From the IMG/VR virus record IMGVR_UViG_3300048837_000214, positions 1-52,974 of that record: a DNA stretch of 52,974 nucleotides. One strand, written 5' to 3'. The stretch is from a virus. Its lineage: Duplodnaviria > Caudoviricetes. Positions 25,808 through 36,700 of the stretch are shown piece by piece (the first letter of the stretch is position 1; every line of letters starts with the position of its first letter). Below the pieces are notes generated by a model, which had not been told where the DNA came from, made no database searches, and saw nothing but the letters and a program-made list of their open reading frames with translations. A program made the translations under genes and the position numbers.

Positions 25808-26305
25808 TCACTTCTCCTTCATGGACCCATAGATCCGAACCCCAGCACTTGCGATCCCCGCCACGGCCGCGCCACTCGCGCCCGCTACAGCAGGGTCAGT
25901 CAGCGCCTCGATCAACCCAGGCAGGACGACAGGCAGAGCGGCGCCGCCCGTTGCGCCCGCGACGGCCACCGGGATAGCGACCTTCGCCACGCGCCTGGTG
26001 ATGTCCCAGAACTTCGCCCACTTCCCGGCCTTCTTCTCGGCCTCGGTCTGGGCAGCGGCTTCGATGCTTGCGGGCGCGGTGGTCACGATAGGATCAAACA
26101 GCACGGGTGCGGCGGCGGGTTTGATCTCTTCGACGGCGGGCGGCGTGGGGTCGTCATCGGCCAGCAGTTTCTCGATGTTTTCGAGTGAGCGTTTCATGGC
26201 AGCAACCTCCAATCGGATGGCCGCGAGTTTGTTGACTTCGGGCGCGTTGGCGAGAACCAACGGCAAAACGCGCTCGAGGATTGAGGCGATCTGTTGGGGT
26301 GTCAT
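25808..26305 (-). CDS. hypothetical protein with cationic amphipathic and hydrophobic C-terminus (lysis-associated candidate)
   Basis: KKAGKWAKFWDITRRVAKV followed by Ala/Gly/Val-rich segments; two genes downstream of the endolysin. Confidence 0.6.
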   Translation of the reverse strand: MTPQQIASILERVLPLVLANAPEVNKLAAIRLEVAAMKRSLENIEKLLADDDPTPPAVEEIKPAAAPVLFDPIVTTAPASIEAAAQTEAEKKAGKWAKFWDITRRVAKVAIPVAVAGATGGAALPVVLPGLIEALTDPAVAGASGAAVAGIASAGVRIYGSMKEK

Positions 26306-26308
26306 CAG

Positions 26309-26848
26309 TCAACCTCCCAGAACCTTCTCCGCGATCGCCGACAGCATGGCGCGGTCGGTGGCGGTGAACTTGCCCGATTCATCAGCCTCGACAGCCTGTT
26401 CCTCGGCGTAGAGTTTCATGTTGCGGATGACGAGGACTTTCCCGCTAAGAAAGCCCATTTCCGCGCCGGCCACCATAATCACTTCGTCGGGCAGCAGGTC
26501 GCGGAACGGGCAGCCGACCTCACCAGTGCCGGGCTGAATCGAAGTGTTGCCGCTCGGATCTTCGGGCGGCAGGTTCACGGTCTTGGCTTCCTCGACGGAC
26601 AGCACAAGCGGACGGACGACAGGCAGGCCGTTCTTCAGCGCCCATATCCCGTCAGCCTTGACCATGATGTTGTTGGTGTAGATGACCTCGGGCAAGCCGT
26701 CAGCGCCCGCTTCGGGGTCTCGCCACTTCTTGATCTTGCGGGAGGCATCCCACGGGGGAGCTTCCTCGCCGGTGCCGTCGCGGTAAGCCTTGCGGTTCGG
26801 GTAGATCGGGTACGCCAACGCCGCAGTCAAAAGTACAGTCGATTTCAT
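26309..26848 (-). CDS. hypothetical protein
   Basis: GAGG RBS before MKSTVLL; tight packing. Confidence 0.7.
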   Translation of the reverse strand: MKSTVLLTAALAYPIYPNRKAYRDGTGEEAPPWDASRKIKKWRDPEAGADGLPEVIYTNNIMVKADGIWALKNGLPVVRPLVLSVEEAKTVNLPPEDPSGNTSIQPGTGEVGCPFRDLLPDEVIMVAGAEMGFLSGKVLVIRNMKLYAEEQAVEADESGKFTATDRAMLSAIAEKVLGG

Positions 26849-26861
26849 TTCAACCTCTTTC

Positions 26862-27287
26862 TCACCCACGCCCTGCCCCGGAGCGGACAAACGGATCGGC
26901 CACGACTACAGCCCTCCCGTCAACGTATTTCCAGGTGACCGGCACGACGGCCTCTCGCAGGTCGATGTGGATGTACCAGCCCTGGTGGTCCACGCCGATG
27001 CCCTTGATCCGCTCATCCTGCCGGCAGAACTCATACAGCCGCTTGAGGTCACACTGGGTCGCGCGAATGTCCGCCGCGAGCCCGTGGAAGTGGTAACCCG
27101 GCTTCAACTTCGCCGCCTCGATCGGGTGCGAGGCGCAACGGTAGCCGGAGTTGATGACGATGGGCCCGGCCTTGGCGCGGAGGTCTTCGAGCACCTCCAG
27201 TAGTTCGGCTTTCACGCCGCCGCGGCCGCAGTGCTTGCAGCGGAGTTCCTTCGCCTTGAAGTGCTTGGACTCGATCTGGATGGTCAT
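26862..27287 (-). CDS. endolysin, peptidase M15A (Zn D-Ala-D-Ala peptidase fold)
   Basis: HF...EL.CK.CG, INSGYRC, H..G.AADI and YIHID metal-ligand motifs. Confidence 0.88.
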   Translation of the reverse strand: MTIQIESKHFKAKELRCKHCGRGGVKAELLEVLEDLRAKAGPIVINSGYRCASHPIEAAKLKPGYHFHGLAADIRATQCDLKRLYEFCRQDERIKGIGVDHQGWYIHIDLREAVVPVTWKYVDGRAVVVADPFVRSGAGRG

Positions 27288-27296
27288 GTCTTGTCC

Positions 27297-30200
27297 TTAC
27301 GCCAGACCGGTCACAATCCCGCGATCCGTCGCCAGGTTTTTCGCAGCGACTGACACCGATCGGACCACCGTTCCGCCAGCCCCAAGCGCACTGATGATGT
27401 CGTTGATCTTGTTCGCCAGCGTCAGGATGTCCCCGGACATTCCCGTCGTGTCAATCGCCGTTGGGACCGCGCCGCTTGCGGTAGCGGAAAGGCTGGTCAG
27501 CAATGCCTGCGAAGCGATATTCGCGCCAGTGACTCCAACCGTCAGCGAGTCCCCGTTTGTGACGACGGCCTTGTTCGCCCCAATTGACCCGATTGTCAGA
27601 CCATTGAGAATGTACGCATACCCGTAATTATCAATGGCAAATAACTCAGTTCCGCCACTGGCCTTCAGTAGCAGGACGTTCCCCGTCGAGTGGTTCTGTG
27701 CTGTGATCGCCCCGGTAGCATCGACCTTGCGGCATATCACATCTCCGTCTGCATTGACGCCAAAGGTTTTAGTTCCGCCTGCATTCTGCCCCTCAAGCAA
27801 GGCTGTCGTGGATTGCCCGGACCCGGCTTTCACCTTTACGAACGCAACGCCCGCTTCACCCGTGTCCTCCACTGTGATCGTCCCAAACACTACATCGTCG
27901 GCACCAAGCGCGAGCCATCCTGTGTTCCCTGCACCCGTCCGCTTCCTCCAGACCGTCCCGTTGGATTGCAAGTAGAGGCTACCGGGATATGCCGTTTTTG
28001 CGCCTTCGGGCGATATTGTCCCGGCATATAAACCACAATCACTATCTTGGTCGTCGCAGGGTAGAATCGCCCCGTCCTTGGTGATCTTCGCGCCGTTCAG
28101 AATAACGCTTTTGTCGTCGCCATAGAGCGCCTTGAAATAGAACCACCAAGCCGTGCCGTCGTAGGCATGAAGCCAAAGGTCTGTCCCGTTATCCAGGTGC
28201 GCCTCAGTGTATTGGACATTGCTCGCGCTCGTTGCGCCGGATTTCTTGACGGCGCGGACAGTCTGCTGTCCAGCCACGCCGTAAGTGTCTGCAGAGCCAA
28301 CCTCGTTCATCGTCCACCGCACGCTGTCCAGCAACTGTGCGTGCGTCAGTTTCTGTGGAGCGGCCCCAGTGGACCCCTTAATGATGAGCCGAACCTGCCC
28401 ATTGACATAGCTCGCCAGTAAAGCGGCGAAAGCGTTTGTCATTTTGTCCGTCTCACTAATCCAGTGCGTGCCATCGTATTTTGTATTCAGTCCGATAGCC
28501 ACATGCTTGTCGGTGCTGTTGGCCGCCCTTCCGACCAGCGAAGCCCCCGGCCCGGCTGATCCACTTGCCGTGACGTTTCTCCGCCACGCGAGATTGTCCA
28601 TCGTGGCAGGGAGCGCCCACCCTCCCTGCTCACTCGTCCCCATGTCAACTCCCCAGTGATACCCAAGGTGACTGGCTTGGGTGTGCGGTCCCCTGAGCAA
28701 AACGGGCTGGTCGACCTCGACCTGGTTCCCATCTTCGTTTTTGACCGAAAACAGAATAGCCCCAGATGCGGGCGCTACAAACTGGAACAGGATGAAGTAT
28801 TCAGTGCCGGTAACGACCTCAGCCAAGCCCATCTGGTTGGCAAGTATCACTGTCGCCGAGTCGTCCGTCAGTGTGTATGTGATCCAGTGCGCGTAGGCAA
28901 TAGACATCACCTTGAGCCGGAACCCAATTGAGTAGACCTCACCGGCAATTAGACCGCCAACTGCTGCTTTGATTTCTCCGCTGTCGTAGAGTTTGTACTG
29001 AGTCGCCGTCTCCCTGTATGCTTCCGGCGCTCCGGGCGTGAATGTCCAGGCGGCTGAATCGAAGTCAGGGATGAGGTTTTCGCTATCTAGTTTTTGGTCT
29101 GAGAACGCGCATGGGGTGTTATACAGCGGGTCTAGAATCCAATCGCTTTCGGTCTTGTCTCCAGTCGGGCATAACGCGATCCGCTTCCCCGTGATTCGTG
29201 GGCCGGAATACCAGTAGTAGAATGGTGTGGTCCCGTCTCCCTCTGCAATCCAGTTGTCGATCAGGATTCTACGGGCCTTCAGGTACACCCCACCAAGGAA
29301 GAAACTGCTGATGTTGGTCCAGATCGTCTGAATATTGTAGTCGCTGACAAACGGCGATTCGCCAATCTCTACCCGGTTCAACTGGCCGAAGGTGATGTTG
29401 CTCCACATATTACCGATCCCGTGGTACTCACGGACGGCAAACTCCCCGCTTCCCTCAATCAGTAGGTAATCGAATTTCAAATGGGCCGGCCCGAGATAGA
29501 AACGATCCAACGCATCGGATTCTGTTTTCTTGCTTCCGCACTTGATCGCGGTTCCGATGTTCTCGCAAATAATGTGAATGTTCCTGGCGGTGATATCGAC
29601 AGAATCACTCTGAAAACTCATCGCGCCGTAATGGTCGCAATCTCCATCGACCGCTTGCCCAACATGGTAGAAGTTGAGGTTTTCCAGCACGGACTGTCCG
29701 TTGAGTTTGTATGCGTAGAAGCCCCATCCCACGTTCTCGGCCCCACTAAACCCGCAATGCCGCAGGTAGAGGACGCCAGCACCGCCCGTGTTGTAATAAT
29801 CAACGGGGTCCGTTGCGGTCGTCAGAAGCGGCTTGTCGATTCTTCCCGCCCACACTAGCACTTGCTTGTCGTATGACGCGACCTCAAACAACTCAATATC
29901 CGTCTCTGTGCCAAGCCCGTGGAAGTGGATGTTTTCGATGATCGTGCCTGGGTATGGTTGCACCTCAATCGCCGGATTCGCGGTCGAAGCAATCACTGTG
30001 TAGTTTTTCTGCTGCAACCGGCTATAGAAAATGTTGTCCTGCCGAAAACCACGACCGATCCAGTGCGTGTTTTCTTTACTGGAAAGCGTTTCCGTGACGA
30101 TGTAGATTCCACCGGGCCAATCAAGCGCGTCTTTCGTCGTGGCCATCGACGCAATAGCTGCCAAGATGGCCGCCGTGTCGTCTGCCCCGTATGTAGCGAT

Positions 30201-30506
30201 TGCGACGGTAACCGTAGTCCCCGCAGCGTCGGCCAATTCGACCTCTGTTTCGCTCGTCACGGACGCGATTGTCGTGAACAGGTTTGTGCCCGCGCTGCCA
30301 GCACCTTGCACCACGCATATATTCCCAACGTCAGATGCTGTGAATGCCGCGGTGGCCGAGGTTAGAGTTTTGTCTGCGGCGGTTATAGCGGCGTCGGTGA
30401 GTTGGATGCCGTCACCCTTGGCACCAAAGTCCTTGACGGATGGTTTTTCGCCAAGTTTGTCGGAGAGCGATCTGGCGACCGCCGATGCGTATGGAGTGTT
30501 GGGCAT
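27297..30506 (-). CDS. tailspike / receptor-binding protein with beta-helix depolymerase-like domain
   Basis: SVKDFGAKGDG...DDTAAI.AAI...P.G.Y pectate_lyase_3-type start; SPEG...A.PGSLY...K.TG.GNTGW tailspike motif; follows the hub gene. Confidence 0.8.
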   Translation of the reverse strand: MPNTPYASAVARSLSDKLGEKPSVKDFGAKGDGIQLTDAAITAADKTLTSATAAFTASDVGNICVVQGAGSAGTNLFTTIASVTSETEVELADAAGTTVTVAIATYGADDTAAILAAIASMATTKDALDWPGGIYIVTETLSSKENTHWIGRGFRQDNIFYSRLQQKNYTVIASTANPAIEVQPYPGTIIENIHFHGLGTETDIELFEVASYDKQVLVWAGRIDKPLLTTATDPVDYYNTGGAGVLYLRHCGFSGAENVGWGFYAYKLNGQSVLENLNFYHVGQAVDGDCDHYGAMSFQSDSVDITARNIHIICENIGTAIKCGSKKTESDALDRFYLGPAHLKFDYLLIEGSGEFAVREYHGIGNMWSNITFGQLNRVEIGESPFVSDYNIQTIWTNISSFFLGGVYLKARRILIDNWIAEGDGTTPFYYWYSGPRITGKRIALCPTGDKTESDWILDPLYNTPCAFSDQKLDSENLIPDFDSAAWTFTPGAPEAYRETATQYKLYDSGEIKAAVGGLIAGEVYSIGFRLKVMSIAYAHWITYTLTDDSATVILANQMGLAEVVTGTEYFILFQFVAPASGAILFSVKNEDGNQVEVDQPVLLRGPHTQASHLGYHWGVDMGTSEQGGWALPATMDNLAWRRNVTASGSAGPGASLVGRAANSTDKHVAIGLNTKYDGTHWISETDKMTNAFAALLASYVNGQVRLIIKGSTGAAPQKLTHAQLLDSVRWTMNEVGSADTYGVAGQQTVRAVKKSGATSASNVQYTEAHLDNGTDLWLHAYDGTAWWFYFKALYGDDKSVILNGAKITKDGAILPCDDQDSDCGLYAGTISPEGAKTAYPGSLYLQSNGTVWRKRTGAGNTGWLALGADDVVFGTITVEDTGEAGVAFVKVKAGSGQSTTALLEGQNAGGTKTFGVNADGDVICRKVDATGAITAQNHSTGNVLLLKASGGTELFAIDNYGYAYILNGLTIGSIGANKAVVTNGDSLTVGVTGANIASQALLTSLSATASGAVPTAIDTTGMSGDILTLANKINDIISALGAGGTVVRSVSVAAKNLATDRGIVTGLA

Positions 30507-30507
30507 T

Positions 30508-33342
30508 TCAATAGGAGATGGTCAGAGATACTTCAGCGGCCTTGGCACCCTTGGATGCGAACAGGGTATCGAGATAAACGGCCCCGGCGGTCAGTTCGCC
30601 GAACCACGGAAAGAGTCCAAGGTACTTGCACCCAGCCGGGGCCGTGGCCGCAAGCGAAAAATTATCCCAGTCGGTTTTTGACGCATCGAGGTCTGCCGTC
30701 TCCGTTGGCTCTACGCGAACGCCACCCGCATCGTAGAACGCGATGCGGGCCTGTGCCGTAGTGGCGGCGCTGTCGGCGTCGAATTTGTAGCGGCCCGTGA
30801 AAACGTACTGCTCGCCGGGGGCGCAGGGATAGGTGTCGTACCCGTCGTCTTGGAAGTCGAGCGGCTGGTGAAGCTCGCAGGGGCCGGCGTGCTCGATCTT
30901 GAGCGCCCGCCGCCCTGTGTCTTGGCCTGTCGTGACGATGGAATAGTCTGTCGGCGGGATGTCAAGGCCGTGCCAGCCGACCAGCCCGCGCTCGAAGCCG
31001 GGATTGCGCAGCAGGTTGCCGCCTGTCGTGCCGGCGACTTCGATGTCGTAGATGGGCCGCGTGGGCAACTCATCCGGTGCCACGTCGTCAGGCTTCGGCC
31101 CGGTGGCCGTGTTGTACATCGAGTCGGTGGTCGAAACCCACTCGACATCGATCGACCAGTCGGAGTTCAGCCGCCATGACTGGACGCGGAACTCGCCGGC
31201 GCCACCCGGCATCTCGGGATGCGTGAGCGAGCAGACCATGCCAGGTTCCACGTTCAACGCCAGGATGGTGGTGCGGAACGACCCGCGCCGCGCCGCCAGT
31301 TTCTCGGCAGCGGAGACGCCGCCCATCGCCTCTCGGAATGCGACCGTGCAGACTCGCGCGGCCTGAGACTTCGACGTGACGCCCAGCAGGTTGATGTTGG
31401 CCTTGAGCGTCTGGCCTGACGCCGCAATGTGGTCGTCATCCTTGAGCGTCAGGGTGTTGCCCTGATAGGCGTAGTCGCCATCAGCGAAGCCGACCGTCAG
31501 ATGGTTGTACTCGGGCGTGCGGGACGAAAGCCGGAGCGAGTTGTAAATGATGTTGCCGGTGGTGAACGCCTCGACCGTGGACGAGTTGATGCGGATGCCG
31601 ACCTTCAACTTGCCGGCCGCGATGGTGTAGTAGCCCAGGCAGCCCGCCAGGATGTCGCGGATCCAGTCGGTGAGCGAGCGTTCCTCGCTGCCCACGATGC
31701 CGGTGAACGTGAACTGGGTCTCAGTCCCGTCGCCGATCAGTTTATCGACGGTCGTATCACAAATCGCCGCAGCCGCAACAGCCGATGCTGCGTCAAATAC
31801 CGCTTCCTGTGCCGCCTGCGCGGCCTGAGACAAGCCGAGAGCATTCAGGTAGGTGTTGATGCAGATCCAGATCCGATTCGTCAGGGAGGCGGTCCAGGCG
31901 CGCGCGTAGCCGCTTTCCTCTTCCTCGTCTGCCGTCCATGTCCAACCACCCAGCCCTTGAGCGACGTAGGCGACCATCTGACGCTCGCCGGGGCGCAGCG
32001 CCTGCACGCCCTTTTCGTCAGAGCGGCGGATCTGAAGGAAGGCCGCGCCCGTGGGTCCGGAGTCTGATTGCGGCCAGGACGTGCCTACGGCGTCGAGCGC
32101 AAACCAGTTCGAACCCTGGTCCGGAGAACTATTTGTCAGAGCCTCGCTGCCGGTCGCGGGGTTCCCGCCGTAGGATCGGCGAAGACCCAGCGCGCCGGGG
32201 CCGTGGTTCGGCTGATTGTCGAGCGTGTGGCCTGTGCCGTAGCCGCTGATCGGGCCGCGGCCGACCACCCCGAGGGCCGCGTAAAACTCGGATTCGTCGC
32301 GCCCGGCGATGACGTCGCAGGGAACGGGCAGCGGGTTCACGGAGTCGTTGACCCAGACGTCTTTCAGCGCCTTGCCGTAGGCGGTATCATTTGATACCGA
32401 AGTGGCCGTGAACCGGGCGATGCCCTTCTTGCCGCCCACACTGACGGGCTGCGCTCCGACCTCAAAGCCATCCTGCCGGGTAATCGTGCGCCGCGGGTAG
32501 GCCAACCGCAGGGCAGATACGCCGTCGCGGGCCTGGATGCGGAACTCGCCCAGTGCATCCATGTCCCAGGACTGAATGTGGCCCGCCCACAGATTCACCA
32601 GCGCCTCGGTTTCGACGTGGTAGAGACTGAACGCAATCTGCGCCCGGTCCAGATCCACGGCGTTGACGAGGCCCGTAAACACGCGGTCGGCGTTGCCGAG
32701 GGTGAACGACGCGGTGTCGGACGCCTCGCCGAGCGACTGCGAGATGCCGTCCCATGACAGAATGCGCGGCTGGTAAAGGTCGCCGCCGATGGTCACGCGG
32801 CGGTCGGACAGGTGGATCGTGTGGACGCCTACCGTGATGGTGACGAGCGGAATGACCTCCTGAACCTGCTCGAGCAGCGCGGTGGCCAGGCCCTCGGATG
32901 GAAATCGCGAAAGCGTCTCGGTGACATCGTAGGTCGGGGCGGTACCGGGTTCCTCAATGACGTCGATGGACGCCGCCCACTGGCCATCCTGCGCCCGCTG
33001 AAGCGCGGCCGCGGGAGCCTCAAGCCTGACCGTGAGGTTCGTTGACGTTCCATCGTTCTCCTTCCACGCGATCGTGAAGGGCTGGTATGAGCCCTTGCGG
33101 GCCTCAAGGAACGCGACCAGCGCGGCCTTTTCGGTCGAGTTCATCGCCGCGCAGTTGAGGCTCAGGCGCCGCAAGCCGTCACCGCGGTAGAACCGCTGCT
33201 CGACCTTGCAGTCCTGCGTGGCAAACTGATGCACCACGACCTCTGGCTCGTAGCGACGCGCCGTCCCGAAATGGACGGTGGCCGGGAACGTGCCGCTGGC
33301 AGCGATCACCGGGATTTCGACGGGGCCAATGTACTCGGGCAT
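30508..33342 (-). CDS. tail hub / central tail tip protein with C-terminal carbohydrate-binding module
   Basis: Follows Dit. N-terminal Dit-like repeat (AFLEARKGSYQPF), phage-tail hub pattern (GVTS..QA.R...VEPG.V) and GNLLRNPGFERG CBM-like domain. Confidence 0.78.
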   Translation of the reverse strand: MPEYIGPVEIPVIAASGTFPATVHFGTARRYEPEVVVHQFATQDCKVEQRFYRGDGLRRLSLNCAAMNSTEKAALVAFLEARKGSYQPFTIAWKENDGTSTNLTVRLEAPAAALQRAQDGQWAASIDVIEEPGTAPTYDVTETLSRFPSEGLATALLEQVQEVIPLVTITVGVHTIHLSDRRVTIGGDLYQPRILSWDGISQSLGEASDTASFTLGNADRVFTGLVNAVDLDRAQIAFSLYHVETEALVNLWAGHIQSWDMDALGEFRIQARDGVSALRLAYPRRTITRQDGFEVGAQPVSVGGKKGIARFTATSVSNDTAYGKALKDVWVNDSVNPLPVPCDVIAGRDESEFYAALGVVGRGPISGYGTGHTLDNQPNHGPGALGLRRSYGGNPATGSEALTNSSPDQGSNWFALDAVGTSWPQSDSGPTGAAFLQIRRSDEKGVQALRPGERQMVAYVAQGLGGWTWTADEEEESGYARAWTASLTNRIWICINTYLNALGLSQAAQAAQEAVFDAASAVAAAAICDTTVDKLIGDGTETQFTFTGIVGSEERSLTDWIRDILAGCLGYYTIAAGKLKVGIRINSSTVEAFTTGNIIYNSLRLSSRTPEYNHLTVGFADGDYAYQGNTLTLKDDDHIAASGQTLKANINLLGVTSKSQAARVCTVAFREAMGGVSAAEKLAARRGSFRTTILALNVEPGMVCSLTHPEMPGGAGEFRVQSWRLNSDWSIDVEWVSTTDSMYNTATGPKPDDVAPDELPTRPIYDIEVAGTTGGNLLRNPGFERGLVGWHGLDIPPTDYSIVTTGQDTGRRALKIEHAGPCELHQPLDFQDDGYDTYPCAPGEQYVFTGRYKFDADSAATTAQARIAFYDAGGVRVEPTETADLDASKTDWDNFSLAATAPAGCKYLGLFPWFGELTAGAVYLDTLFASKGAKAAEVSLTISY

Positions 33343-33343
33343 G

Positions 33344-33733
33344 TTATTCGACTTGGATCAGGCGAAGGTCAACGGACGAACGAGCGAGTTGCATAGAACG
33401 CGACAGGCCGGTTTCAAAGCGGACGCGGTAGCGGCCCGTGGTGGATGCGCCGGTCGGGTCATAGTCGTCTGCGTTGGGGTAGAAGAAAAACGGTTCTAGT
33501 GACCCCTTGCGGTCGGCGAAAAACTCCAGCAAGTCATCCCACTCCGAGGCTGTCATTCGCTTTGCCACGGACCACGCGCGGCGGCTGGTCGTGCCGTCGT
33601 AGCGCCGCTGGCTGGAGCTGTCGGCGTAGGGACCGCTTTCGACAATGGCCCAGGCATACTCCTCGCCGAAGGCTGCCGACAGTTCGATCGGCAGGACTTC
33701 CACGGCGTCGGCGAGTTGGACGTTACCAGGCAT
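33344..33733 (-). CDS. distal tail protein (DUF2460-like)
   Basis: Follows the tape measure gene; QR...RR.W...L.EFF..RKG..EPF.F...VRF motif. Confidence 0.75.
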   Translation of the reverse strand: MPGNVQLADAVEVLPIELSAAFGEEYAWAIVESGPYADSSSQRRYDGTTSRRAWSVAKRMTASEWDDLLEFFADRKGSLEPFFFYPNADDYDPTGASTTGRYRVRFETGLSRSMQLARSSVDLRLIQVE

Positions 33734-36700
33734 CAGATTGTGGCCCCCAGCGGATCCGTGAGGTTGACGGCGGCCGACGTGCGGCCGTAGTTCTGAGACT
33801 GCGCCGACAGGCTCGCGGCCTGGACGGCGCGCGGGTTCTGGACGATGCCCGTCGCCATGACGTCGGACCAGAAAGCCTTCGTGCCTTCGGAGTCGAGCAC
33901 GATGGGCGCGGCGGTCGGCGTGGTGAAGCGCGACAGGCCCGCGACCGGGGCGATGGACCCGCCGTAGTTGTAGCCTACGCCGTTGCTGTATGAGCCGGTC
34001 TGATAGAGCGAGCCGCCCATCTGAGACAGGTTGACGCCCATCGGGCGGTTGTCGAGCGCGGTCATCCGCTGGCCCGTGGACATGGCGTAGAGCTCGATCA
34101 GGTCGCGGATTTCGCGGGCGCGAACCGCCACGTCGAGGTTGCCGCCGTAGGATTGCTTGGCGAGGCCGACGATCTGCGACAGGATGCCTTTGTCGGAGAT
34201 ATCGATGCCGTAGTAGGTTTTGATCTTGGCGCGGGCCTTGTCAGCCGCGCCCTTGAACATCATGCGGATGAGCCCGACCGTAAAGCCGATGCCCGCGCCG
34301 ATGGCCGCTCCAGTCCAACCGCCGAACTTCGCGCCAATCAGCGCGCCGCCCGCCGTGGTTTCGGCGAGCCCCATCCAGCCGCCGCGGCGAAGGCCGTCAG
34401 CCGCGAGGATGCCGCCACCGGCCAGCATCGCGCCGCCAGTCGCGCCGCCGACACCGTTGGTCCCTTGATAGGCGAATCCAGCGTCATCGTAGCGGACGCC
34501 GCGCCCCAGGTTGCCGAGAGTCGCAAGTGAGCCCTTAGCGTTGCTGAACATGCCGCCGAATCCTGCAAACGTGCCGAAGCCTGGGCCGCCCGTACCACCG
34601 ACGAACGGGGCCGTGCCACCGGGGCCGATCATGGAGGCCGCGCCGAGCGCCGACGTACTCATGCTGGCGAGGGAGCCGAACGGAGCCATGCCACCACCGC
34701 CGCCCATAACTCCACCGCCGCCGCTACCATAGGCTCGCCCGCCCATCAGCGGCATCATCAGGTTGGCGAACATGGCCGAGGCCGCCTGCTTGATGGGCGT
34801 CAAAAGGGCCGAAAGGAACAGGTTGCGGAGCAACTGGGCGGCGTTCGCGCCGTTGCGGATGATGGAGTCGAAGGTGGACTCAAAGCCGCTGCGCAGCCGG
34901 TTGAACATGACGTCGTAGGCACGCTCCTGTTCGTCGATGGACTTCTTCGTGGCCTTCTCAATCTCGGACTGCTCTTCGATGGCGAACCCAGCAGCCTTGC
35001 CGAGCAAACCGATCTGGTCGAAGCGCTTCTGGTTGGCGAGAAACCTCTCATAGGTGGCGAGGCCCAGCGCATCCTGAGTTCCAAGCGGGCCGCCGAGGTT
35101 CAACTCAGACGAGATCGTTCCGGCTGTAATCCCGCCGCCGACCTCCATGCGCATGTCTTTGACGCGCCGCGCATTGTCGGCAACAAAGGCTTCGAGTTTC
35201 GCGCGCCGAAGGTCGCCTGCGAGTCCGACAAGTTGGGCTGTGTCAAGTTTCTCTTCCTTCAACTGTCGAAGCGTCTTCTGGTGCTCGGCGTTGATCTTGG
35301 CGATGCCCGTCAGTTCGCGCTCGCGGACCTGGGCGATGGACTCCATAATCTTGAAGCGCTCGGCGTCGATGCGCTTTTGCTTTTCGTTTGATCCTGTGTC
35401 AACGCCGCCCTTCTCTTGCGGGACAAACCCGTAGGCCGCGCTCAGCATCCCGCCGATACGCTGCTCTCTCGTGATCGGCGTAACCCGCGACCGCCAGGTG
35501 CCGTCAGCATTGCGACCCGCCAGGTTGATCCCGGTCGCGCCGTAGTTCGAAAGGATGGCGGCCTGCCTCGCCGCCGATAGTCGCGCGTTTTCCTCTTCCA
35601 TCCGGGCCGCCGTGGACACAAACCCGGTTGTGCCGCCCACGACAGCGCCGAGTTTCGCGCCGGCAACTGCGCCAGGCAGGTTGCCGAACATAAACCCAAC
35701 GCCGCCGCCGATGACTGCGCCAGCACCAGCCGCGCTGCCGATGCCAACCGCCTGCGCAACCAGCGGGTGCTTGTTGATGATGTCGAGCGCCCACATGGAT
35801 GTGGAGACGACGGCCCTCAGCGCCGGCAGGAAGTTTTCGCCGATGGCGTTGGACGCTTCCTTGGCAAAGCGGTCCATCGTCTGCATCTGCTTGCCGACGT
35901 CGCCCAACGCCGTCTCATACGTCCCGGCGAAGCGCGCGCCCTTTTCGAGCACGTTCTGCAAGCGGATCTGCGCCTTCTCGTTTTCCGAGAGGGAGTCAAT
36001 CGTGCGGTTGCTCGCCTTGGCGAAGGTCGAGTAGGACTTTTCGAAGTTGACGTTCACCCCAACTGTGCGGAGCATTTCGGGCTGCGCTGACTGGATGGCG
36101 TAGAGCATCCGGACCAGGGTGTCTGATGAGGTCGTGGTGGGGTTGAGGACCGCCACATCCTGCGCCATGCGCGCCAACTGTGGCAGTGCGGTCGTGCCGA
36201 TGCCTGCCGTGATGGCTTGGGAGATGGCGCGGCGGGATTCCTGTGTCGTGATACCGAGCGAGATGAGGCGCTTTTCGAGTTCGCCAATGGAATCGGCGGA
36301 GATGTTATTTGCTCGAGCGATGGCGCGCGCCGCCGTGCCGTACATCTCGGTTGCGGCGGCGTATTTGGCGGTGTGGACGATAATGGCCTGAAGCCCGGAG
36401 CCGAAGCGGTTGAGGACCTCCAGCGCCACGCCGGCCTTGAGGAATGACCCGAAAAACGACTCGTTTGCCTTGGTCGTCAGTTCGGTTTGAGAGGCAAGCG
36501 CCTTCTGCTTCTCAATCATGCCCTCAAGCGCCTTCTGGCCTCGGGCATAGAGCACTTCGTCAGATTTCAGCCGGTCGATCGACAGCCGCGCCATCGCAAT
36601 CGCCCGCTCGTTGCCGGTCAGCCCAAAACCGGCAGACTGACGCTCCAGCCGCTCGGCGATCTGCCGCATGGAGTTTGCGCTGCGCTGGACGACCTCGATC

